20,504 bases of DNA from Trypethelium eluteriae (lineage: Eukaryota): assembly GCA_051942245.1 (NCBI GenBank), contig JAVECL010000003.1:124001-144504 (forward strand), given 5' to 3'. Each line of letters starts with the position of its first letter. Position 1 is the first letter of the stretch. The notes below the pieces were generated by a model, which was given only the letters and a program-made list of their open reading frames with translations, made no database searches and was not told the DNA's origin. Shown here in pieces: positions 1-10,742 of the stretch. The translations under genes were made by a program, and so were the position numbers.

Positions 1-6
1 ACCGGC

Positions 7-1956
7 ATGAATAATCTGACGACCCTCATTAAACGGTCAGTCTTTTCAGCATCTTGTCCTGCTTAGCGAAAAGTAAAGCCAAACTCAAGTATGGCAAACG
101 TAATCAAGGACATCTCAAAAGCACATACGCTACAGAGCTCCAACGACTCTCTGCTTACAAGGCTTGTCTCTAGGCTTGAAGCTGCCACATCACGACTTGA
201 AGACATCGCTTCGTCTGCCGCCTCCTTCGAGCCTCCTCCCTCTACAACTACCAATGGATCGATCTCCGCCCCATCGACTGCCAAGGCTCCTGGCACCACT
301 CCTCAAAATATCACTCCGACTCCCTCGAAGACAAGCTCCCTTCCACAGCCGATCGAAGACTTTAACTCCTTAATAAATAGCGACGTGAAAGCTTTCTTGA
401 ATCTGAGTCAAGAGTTGGGAGGTCCTGTTGCCGAGCAAGTACGTGATGGCACCATAGATGCCTTGACTCGTTCCCATGGGATAAATTCTGATGGAGTATT
501 CATACAGGCATCCTCAGTCTCTCGAGCTTTTGCTGCCCAACGGCGGGTGCTGCTGATCAGCACGCAAGCCAAAAAGCCGGAAGTCACCTCGTCGCTCTAT
601 ATGGAAATCCTGAAGGAGCTTCAGCAAGACATGCAAAGAGTTACAGAGGCACGGGAAGCAAATAGAGACCCAAAGTTGAAGGATCATATATCAATGGTAG
701 CAGACGGTATCGGTGCACTCTCCTGGGTGGCAATAGATCCAAAGCCTGCGGACTTCGTCTCTGAAGTTCTTGGTGGAGCACAATTCTATGGTAATAGAGT
801 TCTGAAGGAGTACAAGGACAAGTATGAATTGATAAAAGGTCTCGGTGATCACGCGCTTACATTTTCCAGGGACCAGACTCAGATCAGTTGGGTGCAGTCG
901 TACTACAAGATCTGGAAATCTCTGATTGGCTTCATCAAGAACCACTATGTTGCAGGTCTCACATGGAATAAAGACGGGATCGAGCCCTCCCAAGCACTGA
1001 AGAACAGCAAGTCTGAGCCTACCGTTAATGGCACATCGGGGCCCACTCCAAGCAGTACTGGGGCTCCTCCACCGCCGCCACCGCCGCCGCCTCTTCCTAC
1101 CTTTGACAATCCACCACCTTCGCAGCCAGCTGCGTCCAAGTCAGCTACGCCAGACATGGGAGCTGTATTTGACCAACTGAATCGAGGAGAAGATGTGACA
1201 AGAGGGCTCAGAAGAGTTGATAAAAGCGAGATGACACACAAAAATCCATCCCTAAGGGCCAATGCGCCCGTTCCTGTTCGCAGCGATAGCTCCAGTTCCA
1301 CTGGACGGAAATCTCCGAATCCTCCAAAGAAGCCGAAACCAGAAGCCATGCGACAAAAGAAACCCCCAAAGAAAGAACTGGATGGGAATAAATGGTTGGT
1401 GGTAGGTAATGTCGATTCCTTAATGGATTCTGGATACTAATTATATCAATCAGGAAAACTTTGAGAACGAGCAACAGCCCATTGAGATTGAGGCACAAAT
1501 CCAACACTCTATACTGATTACAAAGTGCAAGAATACCACACTTCGGATCACAGGAAAGTTCAACGCCGTCTCTATAGACAATTCTCCTGGTCTCTCTCTC
1601 ATCGTCGACTCCGTTGTTTCTTCAGTAGACGTGATTCGCTGTGGAAAATTCGCTCTTCAGGTACGTCTCTAGCTCTATCAAAGGGACTCATCTATTCTGT
1701 GCTCTTGCTCATGCGTGACCAGGTGCTTGGGAGTCTGCCCACTGTCATGCTTGATCAGGTCGATGGTGCAACCGTCTATCTGAGCCCTGAAAGCCTGAAC
1801 ACTGAGGTCTTGACTTCTAAATGCACGGCTGTCAACATCAATGTTCCACCCCAAGCAGAGGAAGACGATTACCGGGAATGTCCCTTGCCGGAGCAGATAC
1901 GCAGTTACGTCAAGAATGGTAAAATGGTCAGCGAGATCGTGGAACACGCTGGATGA
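7..1956 (+). CDS. SRV2: Adenylyl cyclase-associated protein (CAP/Srv2); exons 7-35, 174-438, 508-821, 870-1401, 1454-1660, 1723-1956 (~526 aa; the start may lie just upstream of the window)
   Basis: Spliced N-terminus MNNLTTLIKR|LEAATSRLEDIA (RLE motif), helical domain (GGAQFYGNRVLKEYK), polyproline tract PPPPPPPPPLP, WH2-like AVFDQLNRGEDVTRGLRRV, C-terminal CARP domain ending EIVEHAG. Five GT-AG introns (36-173, 439-507, 822-869, 1402-1453, 1661-1722) give one continuous frame. Confidence 0.95.
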
Positions 1957-2175
1957 GGAAGCGGTGTAAGAGCAAGACTGTATTATTCAAAGAGTGCTGG
2001 GTTTCGACTTCCATCGGTGCATGGTTTTGGAGTATACAAGATTTTCTGAGGGGCCGTCAGAACATGCAGCTCAAACATCTGCAAAGCCCAATATTCTCTT
2101 CATTCCTGTACCACAGCCTCTTGCAAGACTCTTATTTTAATCGATCTCTACATCATCTCTCCGTTCCTTTACAGA

Positions 2176-3436
2176 TTAAAGATATCTCTCAAAAGCCCTC
2201 GCGGAGTCCAAGACAGCCTTCTCATATCCAATATACTCTAATCCTAAATCCCTCACTGCTTTACTTCCGTCGATTGTTACCCCCGCGGGGTTCGGCCAGG
2301 TATAGTCAGGCTTATATCCCTTCCCAGGAGTCCCCGTCTCCATGGTTCTACCCTTTTCCTTGAACCACACACTCCGACTCCCGTCTGTCCCCACATACTC
2401 CCGATTCAATATATCCGCGATCGCCTGCTCCGCGCCCAATCCAGCACAAGCAATATACCGCTGCCCGTCCGCCACTTTCGCCCTCTGCACCGCAAGCATG
2501 TGCATGCGTCCGACGTCGCGCACATCCACAAAGGACGCAGAAGAGCCAGCCAGCGGCGCCGGAATTGGCTGTCCGGAGAGGACTGTGTAGATTGACAGCA
2601 CGGTCTCGTTGATCTTGTCGGGCGAAGTTGGGGGAACCAGCGGCGGTCCGATGACCCAGGTTGGATTGATGGTCGTCATCGTGAACGTAATCTGTTCTTG
2701 GTGCTCCCGGCGAAAGTCCCAGAATGCACGCTCACTGGCGACCTTACTCGCGCGATAGATCTGGATTCCTGGGGTGTTCTTTCCGTGTTCGGCGACTTGG
2801 GCGGGAGAATGGGTGTTCCAGTCGTCCTCAGTGAATGTGTGAGGGCCGTCTTTTGGAGACATGATGGCGGCAGTTGAGGAAGTGAGGACTACGGAGGTCA
2901 AGGATGAAGATGGGTTTGTTTGAGCATATTTCACAGCAGATGCTAGGATCGAGATCGTGGCAGTCTTGGCCGTGTGGATGACGGGGTCGGGATCGGTAAA
3001 GTACTGTGAGATGGGAGAAGCCACGTGAATGACAGCATAACAGCCTTAAGATTCTCAGCCATTGTCAGGGCATTCAATACAACGTGAACGCAATATGGGA
3101 TAGCATCTTAGAAGGGTCGTAGGGCTCAAATTGGGCAATGCTGGATACCTTGAATTGCTTGGTCGAAAGCGTCGTCGGCCGTAATATCTTTCACCTCTAT
3201 GATAGAAAGACGACCGGCATCTACATAATCTCTCAGGACGTCTTGGACCTGTTTCGCCGAGTCGAGCATTCGAGTTGTGCCTCGAACTGAGAATCCATGG
3301 TCGAGGAAAATCTTTGCAGTCCAGGAGGCACTGTGTGAAAGTCAGTGGCCGCAGGTTCCGGCAATTGGTGGACTTCTTGCATATATCCATTGATGCCTGT
3401 GATTAGCACAAGCCGAGTGTTTGACGTCGTGGACAT
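2176..3436 (-). CDS. NAD(P)-dependent epimerase/dehydratase-family extended SDR (aldehyde reductase II / GRE2-like); exons 3436-3381, 3330-3149, 3044-2176 (~368 aa)
   Basis: Spliced N-terminus VLITGINGYI|ASWTAKIFLDHGFSVRGTTR (Rossmann GxxGxxA), then VIHVASP, VVLTSSTAA, catalytic YRASK (YxxxK), INPTWVIGP and FVDVRDV. Intron 1 (3331-3380) is GC-AG; intron 2 (3045-3148) is GT-AG. Confidence 0.9.
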
Positions 3437-4331
3437 GTTGCAAGATAGGTACCCGACGGGAAAGAACTTCGCATTGAAGAAATATAAGACATGACGATAC
3501 GATCTTTTCTAGCGGCATGCCTAATAATACGAGGGTATTGGATGGACTAACAAACCCGCCAATCCAAGAGAAGCTGTTGGTGTTCATCCCAAAAGCGACC
3601 TTGGATGACCTCCACAGCACATTTCACATATGATATGGTGAGATACATTATATATGTTACTGGTGGTATTCCGTTTTGGATCTGCTCATCGAAGTTGGTC
3701 CTAGGCGTCAATGTGATGGAGAGCTAGCCTTAGCTTCTGAATTGAAGCGGGGTGGTTCATTCAACATACAACCCTTTTTGGCATACCTTTAGGATATTGT
3801 TATTGGGCCTTGTACTACGACAAGCTGAGAACTTTGACGTCCTCAAGTCGCCCGCAGGAATTGCACCATAGCGAACGCTATTGCCAGGGTTTGCGTATTC
3901 ATGAATGAGTTACGAATTGAAGAGGTGGATAGAGACGGTTATTTGCTAGCCTATCCGCAAAATCTGTCTTGAAGCTGTAGGTATGATGAGCGGCACAGAG
4001 GTTTCCCGATTTGTGATGTGGCACAAAGTCACTCCCTCACCGGGCTTATTTTCCAATAGTATATCTGTTTTACACTACCTCTATGGTCAATACCACTGTG
4101 ACTTTGCCTCATTCTCAGTTTGATCGATGCGAGTTTGCCGGCAGCCTTCTTGATTAAAGTGGATGCCCATGAGAACAAGCAGACCTTATTTTCAACAATT
4201 AACGAGCTTGAAGTACTCAGTACCTAATTGAGAATCCAGAGAGCTTGGGATGACGTGTGCAGGATGTCAGGGAGATCAATGAGTAAAGTCTAGATAGATC
4301 TACAAACACGAGGACGCGCTACGGCAGAGAT

Positions 4332-4414
4332 CTAGATGATTGAAATTTAGCTCCACCCAAGTGTATCTTCCGCTGACGAATGTGCTGAAAGCTGACCATC
4401 GCCATCGTGCTTAC
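4332..4414 (-). other. Probable intron in the 3' UTR of MDH1
   Basis: Minus strand GGG|GTAAGC ... GCTAAAT ... CATCTAG|; 83 nt, starting 32 nt after the stop codon. The branch site is one base off consensus. Confidence 0.55.
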
Positions 4415-4446
4415 CCCCATGAACGCTCAACTTAGATACAAGGCCA

Positions 4447-5688
4447 TCACGGGTTCTCCTTCGCGAACTTGACACCTTTTTCAATGTTCTTTGCCAGATC
4501 TTGCAAGCAAACATCGAGAAGCTTCTGCTCGTGATCCGTAATCTTGCCGACAGGGTGGATATTTTCGACGCCATTGGGACCGAGCTCAACGTTGCTGGCA
4601 AAGTATTCGCATCCGCGATCTTTGTATAACGGACTGTCAACAAAGGTCGGCTCAATGACGCCCTTTTGACCCTGAGCGGCCTTCAATAAGCTCTCAGCAA
4701 ATCGGGCGCCGGCCATAGCCATAGAGAGAGTAGCAGATCCAGCACCACCTTTAGCCTGAACCACTTCGTCACCACCAAACTGAACGCGCCTGACATAGTC
4801 GTCAAGTGTGGAGCCTTCGAGAGAGTAACCGGACTGCGAAAGGAGAGGAACAATCGTGGCACCCGAGTGACCACCAACGACCGTGATGTTCTCGTTTGCA
4901 GGATCGGTGGACTTGAGCTGCGAGATGAAGCGACTTGCACGGACCACGTCCAGAGTGGTGACACCGAAAAGCCTCTTTGGATTGTACACGTTTTTGGACT
5001 TGAAAACCTCGGCGGTAATGGGGACAGTGGAGTTGACCGGGTTGGAGATGACAAGGACGTTGGCGTTGGGAGCAGAGTCGGCTGCGGCTTTGGCAAGGTC
5101 GCGAACAATGGATGCGTTGGTGTTGAACAGATCTAAAGATGTTCAGTAACGGAATCAAAGACTTCAAGAATATTGAATGTACCATCGCGGGTCATGCCAG
5201 GCTTGCGAGGTACACCGGCAGGGATGAGAACGATTTCCGAGTCGGTCAAGCATTCCTTCAAGCCTGTTGGGGTTGGATCGTAGCCTTTGACCTACGACAA
5301 ATCAGTCGGTAGACAAGATAATCAGAGAAGTTACTTACTGTGCTTTTGGTGTTGATATGGCTGACGTCCGCGGCCACGCCTATTGTAGTGGATCAATTTT
5401 CGCCTTCCCAACATTAGGGTCAGATTGCAATTGGAGCCGTACCAGGACCACCCTTAATATCGTATAGCGCAAGCTCGCTGACCCTTGGATTGAGCTTGAG
5501 AAGTAGTGAGAGAGGTTGGCCAATTCCGCCGGCAGCGCCGAGGACAGCGACTTTGGAGGCCTAGAAGAGCAATCAGCAGTGCTCGGGTTCACTATGCAGT
5601 AACACAGCTTGGGTTGGACAATTACCTGACTAGCAGAGGCAGAAAAGGCTCTCCTCTGGACAGCGCCAAAAATCTGACGCGAAAGCAT
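4447..5688 (-). CDS. MDH1: Mitochondrial NAD-dependent malate dehydrogenase; exons 5688-5626, 5560-5443, 5379-5339, 5291-5183, 5132-4447 (338 aa)
   Basis: Presequence [21 protein letters not shown], then [57 protein letters not shown] and [10 protein letters not shown]. Four GT-AG introns restore the frame. Confidence 0.97.
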
Positions 5689-6356
5689 TATGGGGATGCG
5701 ATGGGCAGAGTAATTGATTACGGGATTGGGAGATGGATTAGGATGATGTTGTTTTGCGTGAGCAACCTCTTCTCCGGCCGAAAGAAAGTTGAGAAGCTCC
5801 GCGTCTCTAAGCTTACTACCGGCTAGGGCAGGGGGGGTACTAAGGTAGGACTAGGGCAAATCTCGCGCCAACTTTTCGCCTTCATATTTGACTTTCTGCT
5901 CTTTAGCGATCCGCAGGTATGGAATACAGTATTTTGACTACTTGACCGGAGAAAGTGCGAAGCATTGAGACAATTGCCTTCCGCCAAAAGTCCCATCTCT
6001 ATGGTATGTTTTTTCCTATGAATAAGCTGCTGAGACCTAGGTACCACCTCTTCCAAATAACCGCATGGCAATTCTATCTCGATAACCATTAATTCTTCAT
6101 TCTGCCGCGATAGCTTAATGGTTCGCTTTCCCAACAGTAGCCTTGAAGCAAAGCAGATTACGTAAACCAATATCAAGCGTATTTTGGGTCGCATCTCAAA
6201 GACTACGTAGGAGAACTAACCTTCAAATACTTCATTTGAAATCTGATGCTGCCATGCCTGGCCACTTATCTCATCATTCATTTAGTATTTCTTTACCTGT
6301 TTCGTATGCTGAATGTTTAGTGTTGATTAAAGACTAGGTGTCGTGAAGTAGAACGA

Positions 6357-6366
6357 TACGGAGTAC
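6357..6366. promoter_or_regulatory. TACGGAGTAC motif copy 1 (MDH1/KAP104 divergent region)
   Basis: Exact match to the 10-mer also found at 12413-12422 and 17714-17731. Confidence 0.5.
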
Positions 6367-6608
6367 GTGACCATTTACCGCCAGCAGCATGACATAGCTA
6401 TACATACCTATCTAATGTCTCCGAATCAGTAATGAAAGGTGATCCATCATCTACAGCTTGCATCAATAGGTATGGAATTTCGTGGACTCGTCTGTATCGA
6501 AAAGCTGTCCCTCTTCCGATGATCCTCACGGATAATGACGATGAAGTACCCAAACAGCGAAATTTGAGACGGTTATTCACAAGTAGAACGTCATGCTGGC
6601 CAGCCACG

Positions 6609-6622
6609 CTATATATATATAG
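6609..6622. repeat. (TA)6 palindromic tract CTATATATATATAG; possible bidirectional TATA element
   Basis: Read directly from the sequence; function is inferred only. Confidence 0.5.
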
Positions 6623-7488
6623 TGCTTTGCGGACTTGATGTAGCGCCTCGCGCACCTCTGCTTTACAAGTTTCACTACCTGGTCCAGCTTAATCAACTTG
6701 GAGTAATCGAAATCGCTGTCAACCCACAGTCAGGCGGGGACTCGTTCCTCAAGCAAGAAACTTGCACGTGGTCATTGTAACAGTGGCAATGCAATGCGGC
6801 AAGGGAAAAGAAACCGAGTGGGCAACATGTGGTCAAAAGCATGGAAGCATGGTGGCACACCGATGGGGAGCACCGGGGGTACACATGGCAAGTAAGAGTT
6901 GGCGTGGTTATTGGCTACCACAGATTCGAGCTCCAAATTTGTGCTGAAAGGCATGTTTGCTGCAAGACGGAGCTGCTCACGATGCGCCATTAACATGCAT
7001 GGCCTCAATGAGGATTTAACCAAAAGAAAATGGGGGTTCCAGTAGTTAGCGTTTCAGTGACGAAGATGAGAGCGTAAGGGAGTCGATGGTGCTGCTGTTC
7101 TGTTCTCCGCAGCCGCCCAACCAAGCGCCGCTTTGAGTTTGGCGGGGAACGAAGCCTGGAAGACCAGCTTTTGTGGCCGTTCGCGCACTCACTTGTCTTG
7201 TATTAAGCCTGAGATCCAAAATACCGGAGCCAAGCTGAATTCCGTCCATCGCCTCTTTGCTCCTCAATTTGCCTGACCAAACGCCAGCTTCAAGGCCGAG
7301 CCTCCACCCAACGCCTATCCCACCTGAACACAGGTCCAACTGCGCCCTCTCCTAACTGCAGACATCCGTATAGGTGGTCGTCAGCATCCATTGGACTGTC
7401 AAACATATTGCATACACTTTCAAGGTGACGCCAAAGCCGGACTCTCTAGCTTGATGACAAAGAAAGCAAGATGAGACCTAAAACTACT

Positions 7489-7584
7489 GTGAGTATCTTT
7501 GGTCCCCCCTCCTCTCCATTCTGCATTCACTAAAAGTGCAGTAATTCTGGCGCGTGATTGCTGACTTCATATCACGGTCATTAG
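7489..7584 (+). other. Probable 5'-UTR intron of KAP104
   Basis: GTGAGT donor, pyrimidine-rich interior, GCTGAC branch point (7560-7565) and TAG acceptor; 96 nt, ending ~160 nt before the ATG. Confidence 0.7.
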
Positions 7585-7742
7585 GTCTTCTCGGTGTCTT
7601 GTCTGTTCGCCTGAAGCACTCTCTCTCGTCGCACCGTCGTTCATTATTTTCTACGTACTACGGACTAGACTAGACTATCCAGCGTCACACCATCTTTGAA
7701 GTCGACGTTTGTTACACCCCCGAAGACATCGAGCTAAATATC

Positions 7743-10742
7743 ATGGAGTGGCAGCCTCAGCAGGGCCCCTTGGGGCAGCTTACACAATGTCTGAAGGACT
7801 CGCTCAGTGGTCATGATGTCAACGCACAGAAGAACGCAGAAAAGGTCAGTCTCTCGTCCTTGAGGCTACTGCTACAGACCAGTCGCTCCTCTATCTTGCT
7901 TTGGGAAGGCCGACTAACGATATTGGATTTCCAAAGATGCTGGACCAAGCCAAAAAATCCCCCGACATCAATAATTACCTAACTTTTCTTTTCACAAGCC
8001 GCGAACCGCCTGCTGGGCTGGCAATGGATGCTACTGGCTATCAGACAGCGAGAGGCGCGGCAGCTCTCATGCTGAAGAACAATGTACAAAGGTCATACAA
8101 AAGCATTCCGGAACAAAGCAGATCCTACATACGCTCTACAATATTACTTGGCCTCCAGGATCCCAATTCACAGATCCGGAACCTTGCAGGAAACGTGATT
8201 ACTGAGGTCGTACGGCATGGCGGGATCATGGGTTGGCCACAGGTCCTTTCAGAGCTCATCTCATTGGTCGGCAATGAAAGTGGTAATGTATCTCCAGAGA
8301 CCCAGGAGGGAGCATCAGGTGCCCTTTTGAAGACCTGCGAAGATAACAGGCGTGCTCTGGACAAAGAATATTCTGGGCAAAGACCTCTTGACTTTATCAT
8401 ACCGAAGTTTCTGGAGTTCACCACGAGCATTACTGCCAAGGTCCGTGCTAATTCTCTAGCCGGCATCAACATCTTTATACCCGAGAAGCCCGCTGCACTG
8501 ATCTCGAACCTAGATCAGCTACTTCAGCGTCTGTTCCAGCTCGCGAGTGATTCAAGCGATGAAGTCCGAAAACATGTCTGTCGGTCATTCATACACATTG
8601 CAGATATCACTCCGGAGAAAATCGCGCCCCATATGAACGGACTGGTCGACTACATGGTCGCTCAGCAACGGTCAGGTGATGATCGAGATCTCGCCCTTGA
8701 TGCCGCAGAGTTCTGGTTGTGCATCGGCGAAGACAAGAAGCTTCGGGAAGGTCTCAAACCTTACCTTCCAAAAGTGGTACCGGTCCTGTTGGAAAGCATG
8801 GTCTATTGCGAAGATGATGTTTTCAGGTTGGAGGCAGAATCAGCTGACGCTGAGGAGGAAGACCGAGAACAAGACATAAAACCACAATTTGCTACATCAA
8901 AGGCGGCGCGCTTGGCGGGTGGCTCCAATGGAGACGACTCGGCCCAAACCACTAACGGAGAGGTGAAATCTGCTGCGTACGGATACGCTTATGATGAAGA
9001 TGATGTTGAAGAAGGTGAGGTGGAGGATGATGATGACGATGACGATGACGGTGGAGACCCAGAAGAGCAGTGGAATTTACGAAAATGCTCTGCAGCTGCA
9101 TTGGACGTTCTGGCCTCCGTGTTTCACGAACCGGTCTTCGAAGTCACATTACCATATCTTAAGGAAAATCTGAATCATCCGGAATGGCCGAATCGAGAAG
9201 CGGCAGTGCTTGCACTTGGTGCGATTGCAGATGGCTGCATGGAAGTTGTCTTCCCGCATCTACCCGAACTCACCCATTTTCTGATCTCTCTCCTGAATGA
9301 CCCCCAACCGGTTGTTCGACAAATTACTTGTTGGTCATTAGGTCGTTACTCCCAATGGGCCTCACGCCTGGATAAAGCGGGCCGTCAACAATATTTCGAA
9401 CCGATCATGGATGGAATGTTGAAGCGTATGCTTGATAACAACAAACGGGTACAGGAGGCCGCTGCTTCTGCCTTCGCCAGTCTGGAAGAGAAAGCCCAAC
9501 AGCAGCTCGTCGAATATTGCGACGTTATTGTGCAGCAGTTTGTACAATGTTTTGGCAAATACAAGGATCGGAACATGTTCATCCTTTACGATTGCGTGCA
9601 AACACTCGCCGAACATGTCGGCCCCACGCTCGCAAAACCAGAGCTCGTCAACATGCTCATGCCAGCGCTCATTGGGCGATGGCAGAAAGTGTCTGACCAG
9701 TCCCGAGAAATGTTTCCTCTACTTGAATGCCTCTCTTACATCGCCACAGCACTTGGAGATCATTTCGCCCCCTTCGCAAAACCCATCTTCACCCGTTGTA
9801 TCAGCATCATCACCCAGAATCTTCAAGACAGTCAAATTGCCACTCGAAATCCGGCAATAGATGAGCCAGACAAAGACTTCTTGGTCACCTCTCTCGATCT
9901 TTTGTCGGCCATAATCCAGGCCCTGGACGAGCGAAAATCGGCAGAGCTAGTTGCATCTTCGTCTCCAAACATGTTTGAACTTCTCATCTATTGCATGAAG
10001 GACTCAAATAACGACGTACGGCAGTCAGCGTATGCCCTTCTCGGAGACTGTGCTATTTACGTATTTTCGCAACTTCAGCCAGTTCTGCCCAACATTCTCC
10101 AGACCCTTATTGCCCAACTCGACCTCCAGCAAGTCCGTGCCGATGCTGAAGAAACTGGCTACTCCGTCATCAACAACGCCTGCTGGTCTTGCGGGGAAAT
10201 TGCAATGCGGCAACGAGCAGAGATGGCTCCCTACGTCGAGGCATTGCTCCAAAAGCTGGTCGTCATCCTCTTCAACGAGCAGATACCGGAATCGCTCAAC
10301 GAGAACGCAGCTTTGGCATTGGGTCGGCTCGGCATTGGCTGTGCACCACAGCTGGCGCCCCATCTCGCAACCTTCGCTCCACCATTCCTGAAAGCGATGA
10401 GAAAGATTGACTGGACTGACGAAAAGGGCCACGCACTCAAGGGGTTTGTTGAAATTGTGATGAGCAACCCGCAAGCCATGGAGTCCTGTTTGCTGGAGTT
10501 TTTCAACGAATTAGCCAGTGCCCCGGGACTTTTCCTGACCAGCATGGGTCTGCAGGAGGAAGGATTCATAGAGACCTTCCGAAGGGCAAGTTCAAGCTGA
10601 AATCCGACAACGTGAAGTGTACTGACATTCCTCTATCTAGGTATTGATACAGTACCAAAATCTTATACCCGATTTTAACGCGTTCGTCGCGAGACTTCCC
10701 CCAGAGAAAGCAGCGTATCTCCACTCTACATATAGAGTGTGA
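7743..10742 (+). CDS. KAP104: Karyopherin-beta2 / transportin (importin beta-2); exons 7743-7844, 7937-10585, 10641-10742 (~950 aa)
   Basis: MEWQPQ start, LKNN IBN_N motif, HEAT repeats, acidic H8 loop (EDREQDIKP...DDDDDDDGGD), WNLRKCSAAALDVLA, VRQITCWSLGRY and VRQSAYALLGD. Intron 7845-7936 (GT..AAG) and GC-AG intron 10586-10640. Confidence 0.95.
8992..9050 (+). repeat. Imperfect GAT/GAC/GAA triplet run encoding the acidic HEAT8 loop of KAP104
   Basis: ...gatgaagatgatgttgaagaaggtgaggtggaggatgatgatgacgatgacgatgac..., which translates to DEDDVEEGEVEDDDDDDDD. Confidence 0.8.

Noticed and set aside
35..173. Stwintron (nested intron) in SRV2 intron 1
   Set aside because: The putative internal intron would be only ~38 nt, and the resulting junction breaks the KR|LEAAT reading frame.
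3055..3436. Reductase 5' end looks frameshifted (possible pseudogene)
   Set aside because: Fully explained by a GC-AG intron (3331-3380) and a GT-AG intron (3045-3148); all catalytic motifs are intact.
3983..4070. ATGATGA C-box-like motif between the reductase and MDH1
   Set aside because: No downstream CTGA D box at a suitable distance.
4420..4449. Cryptic peroxisomal SKL after the MDH1 stop
   Set aside because: SKL is in a different frame and is followed by Ser, not a stop. In-frame readthrough gives WPCI*, and the stop context TGA-TGG is not the TGA-CTA readthrough motif.
6004..6040. GTATGT...GCTGAG...TAG mini-intron on the plus strand
   Set aside because: At 37 nt it is shorter than every supported intron here (47 nt or more), and no coding frame flanks it.
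5690..7740. Telomerase RNA candidate (gap size ~2 kb)
   Set aside because: No TAACCCTAA-type template found on either strand.
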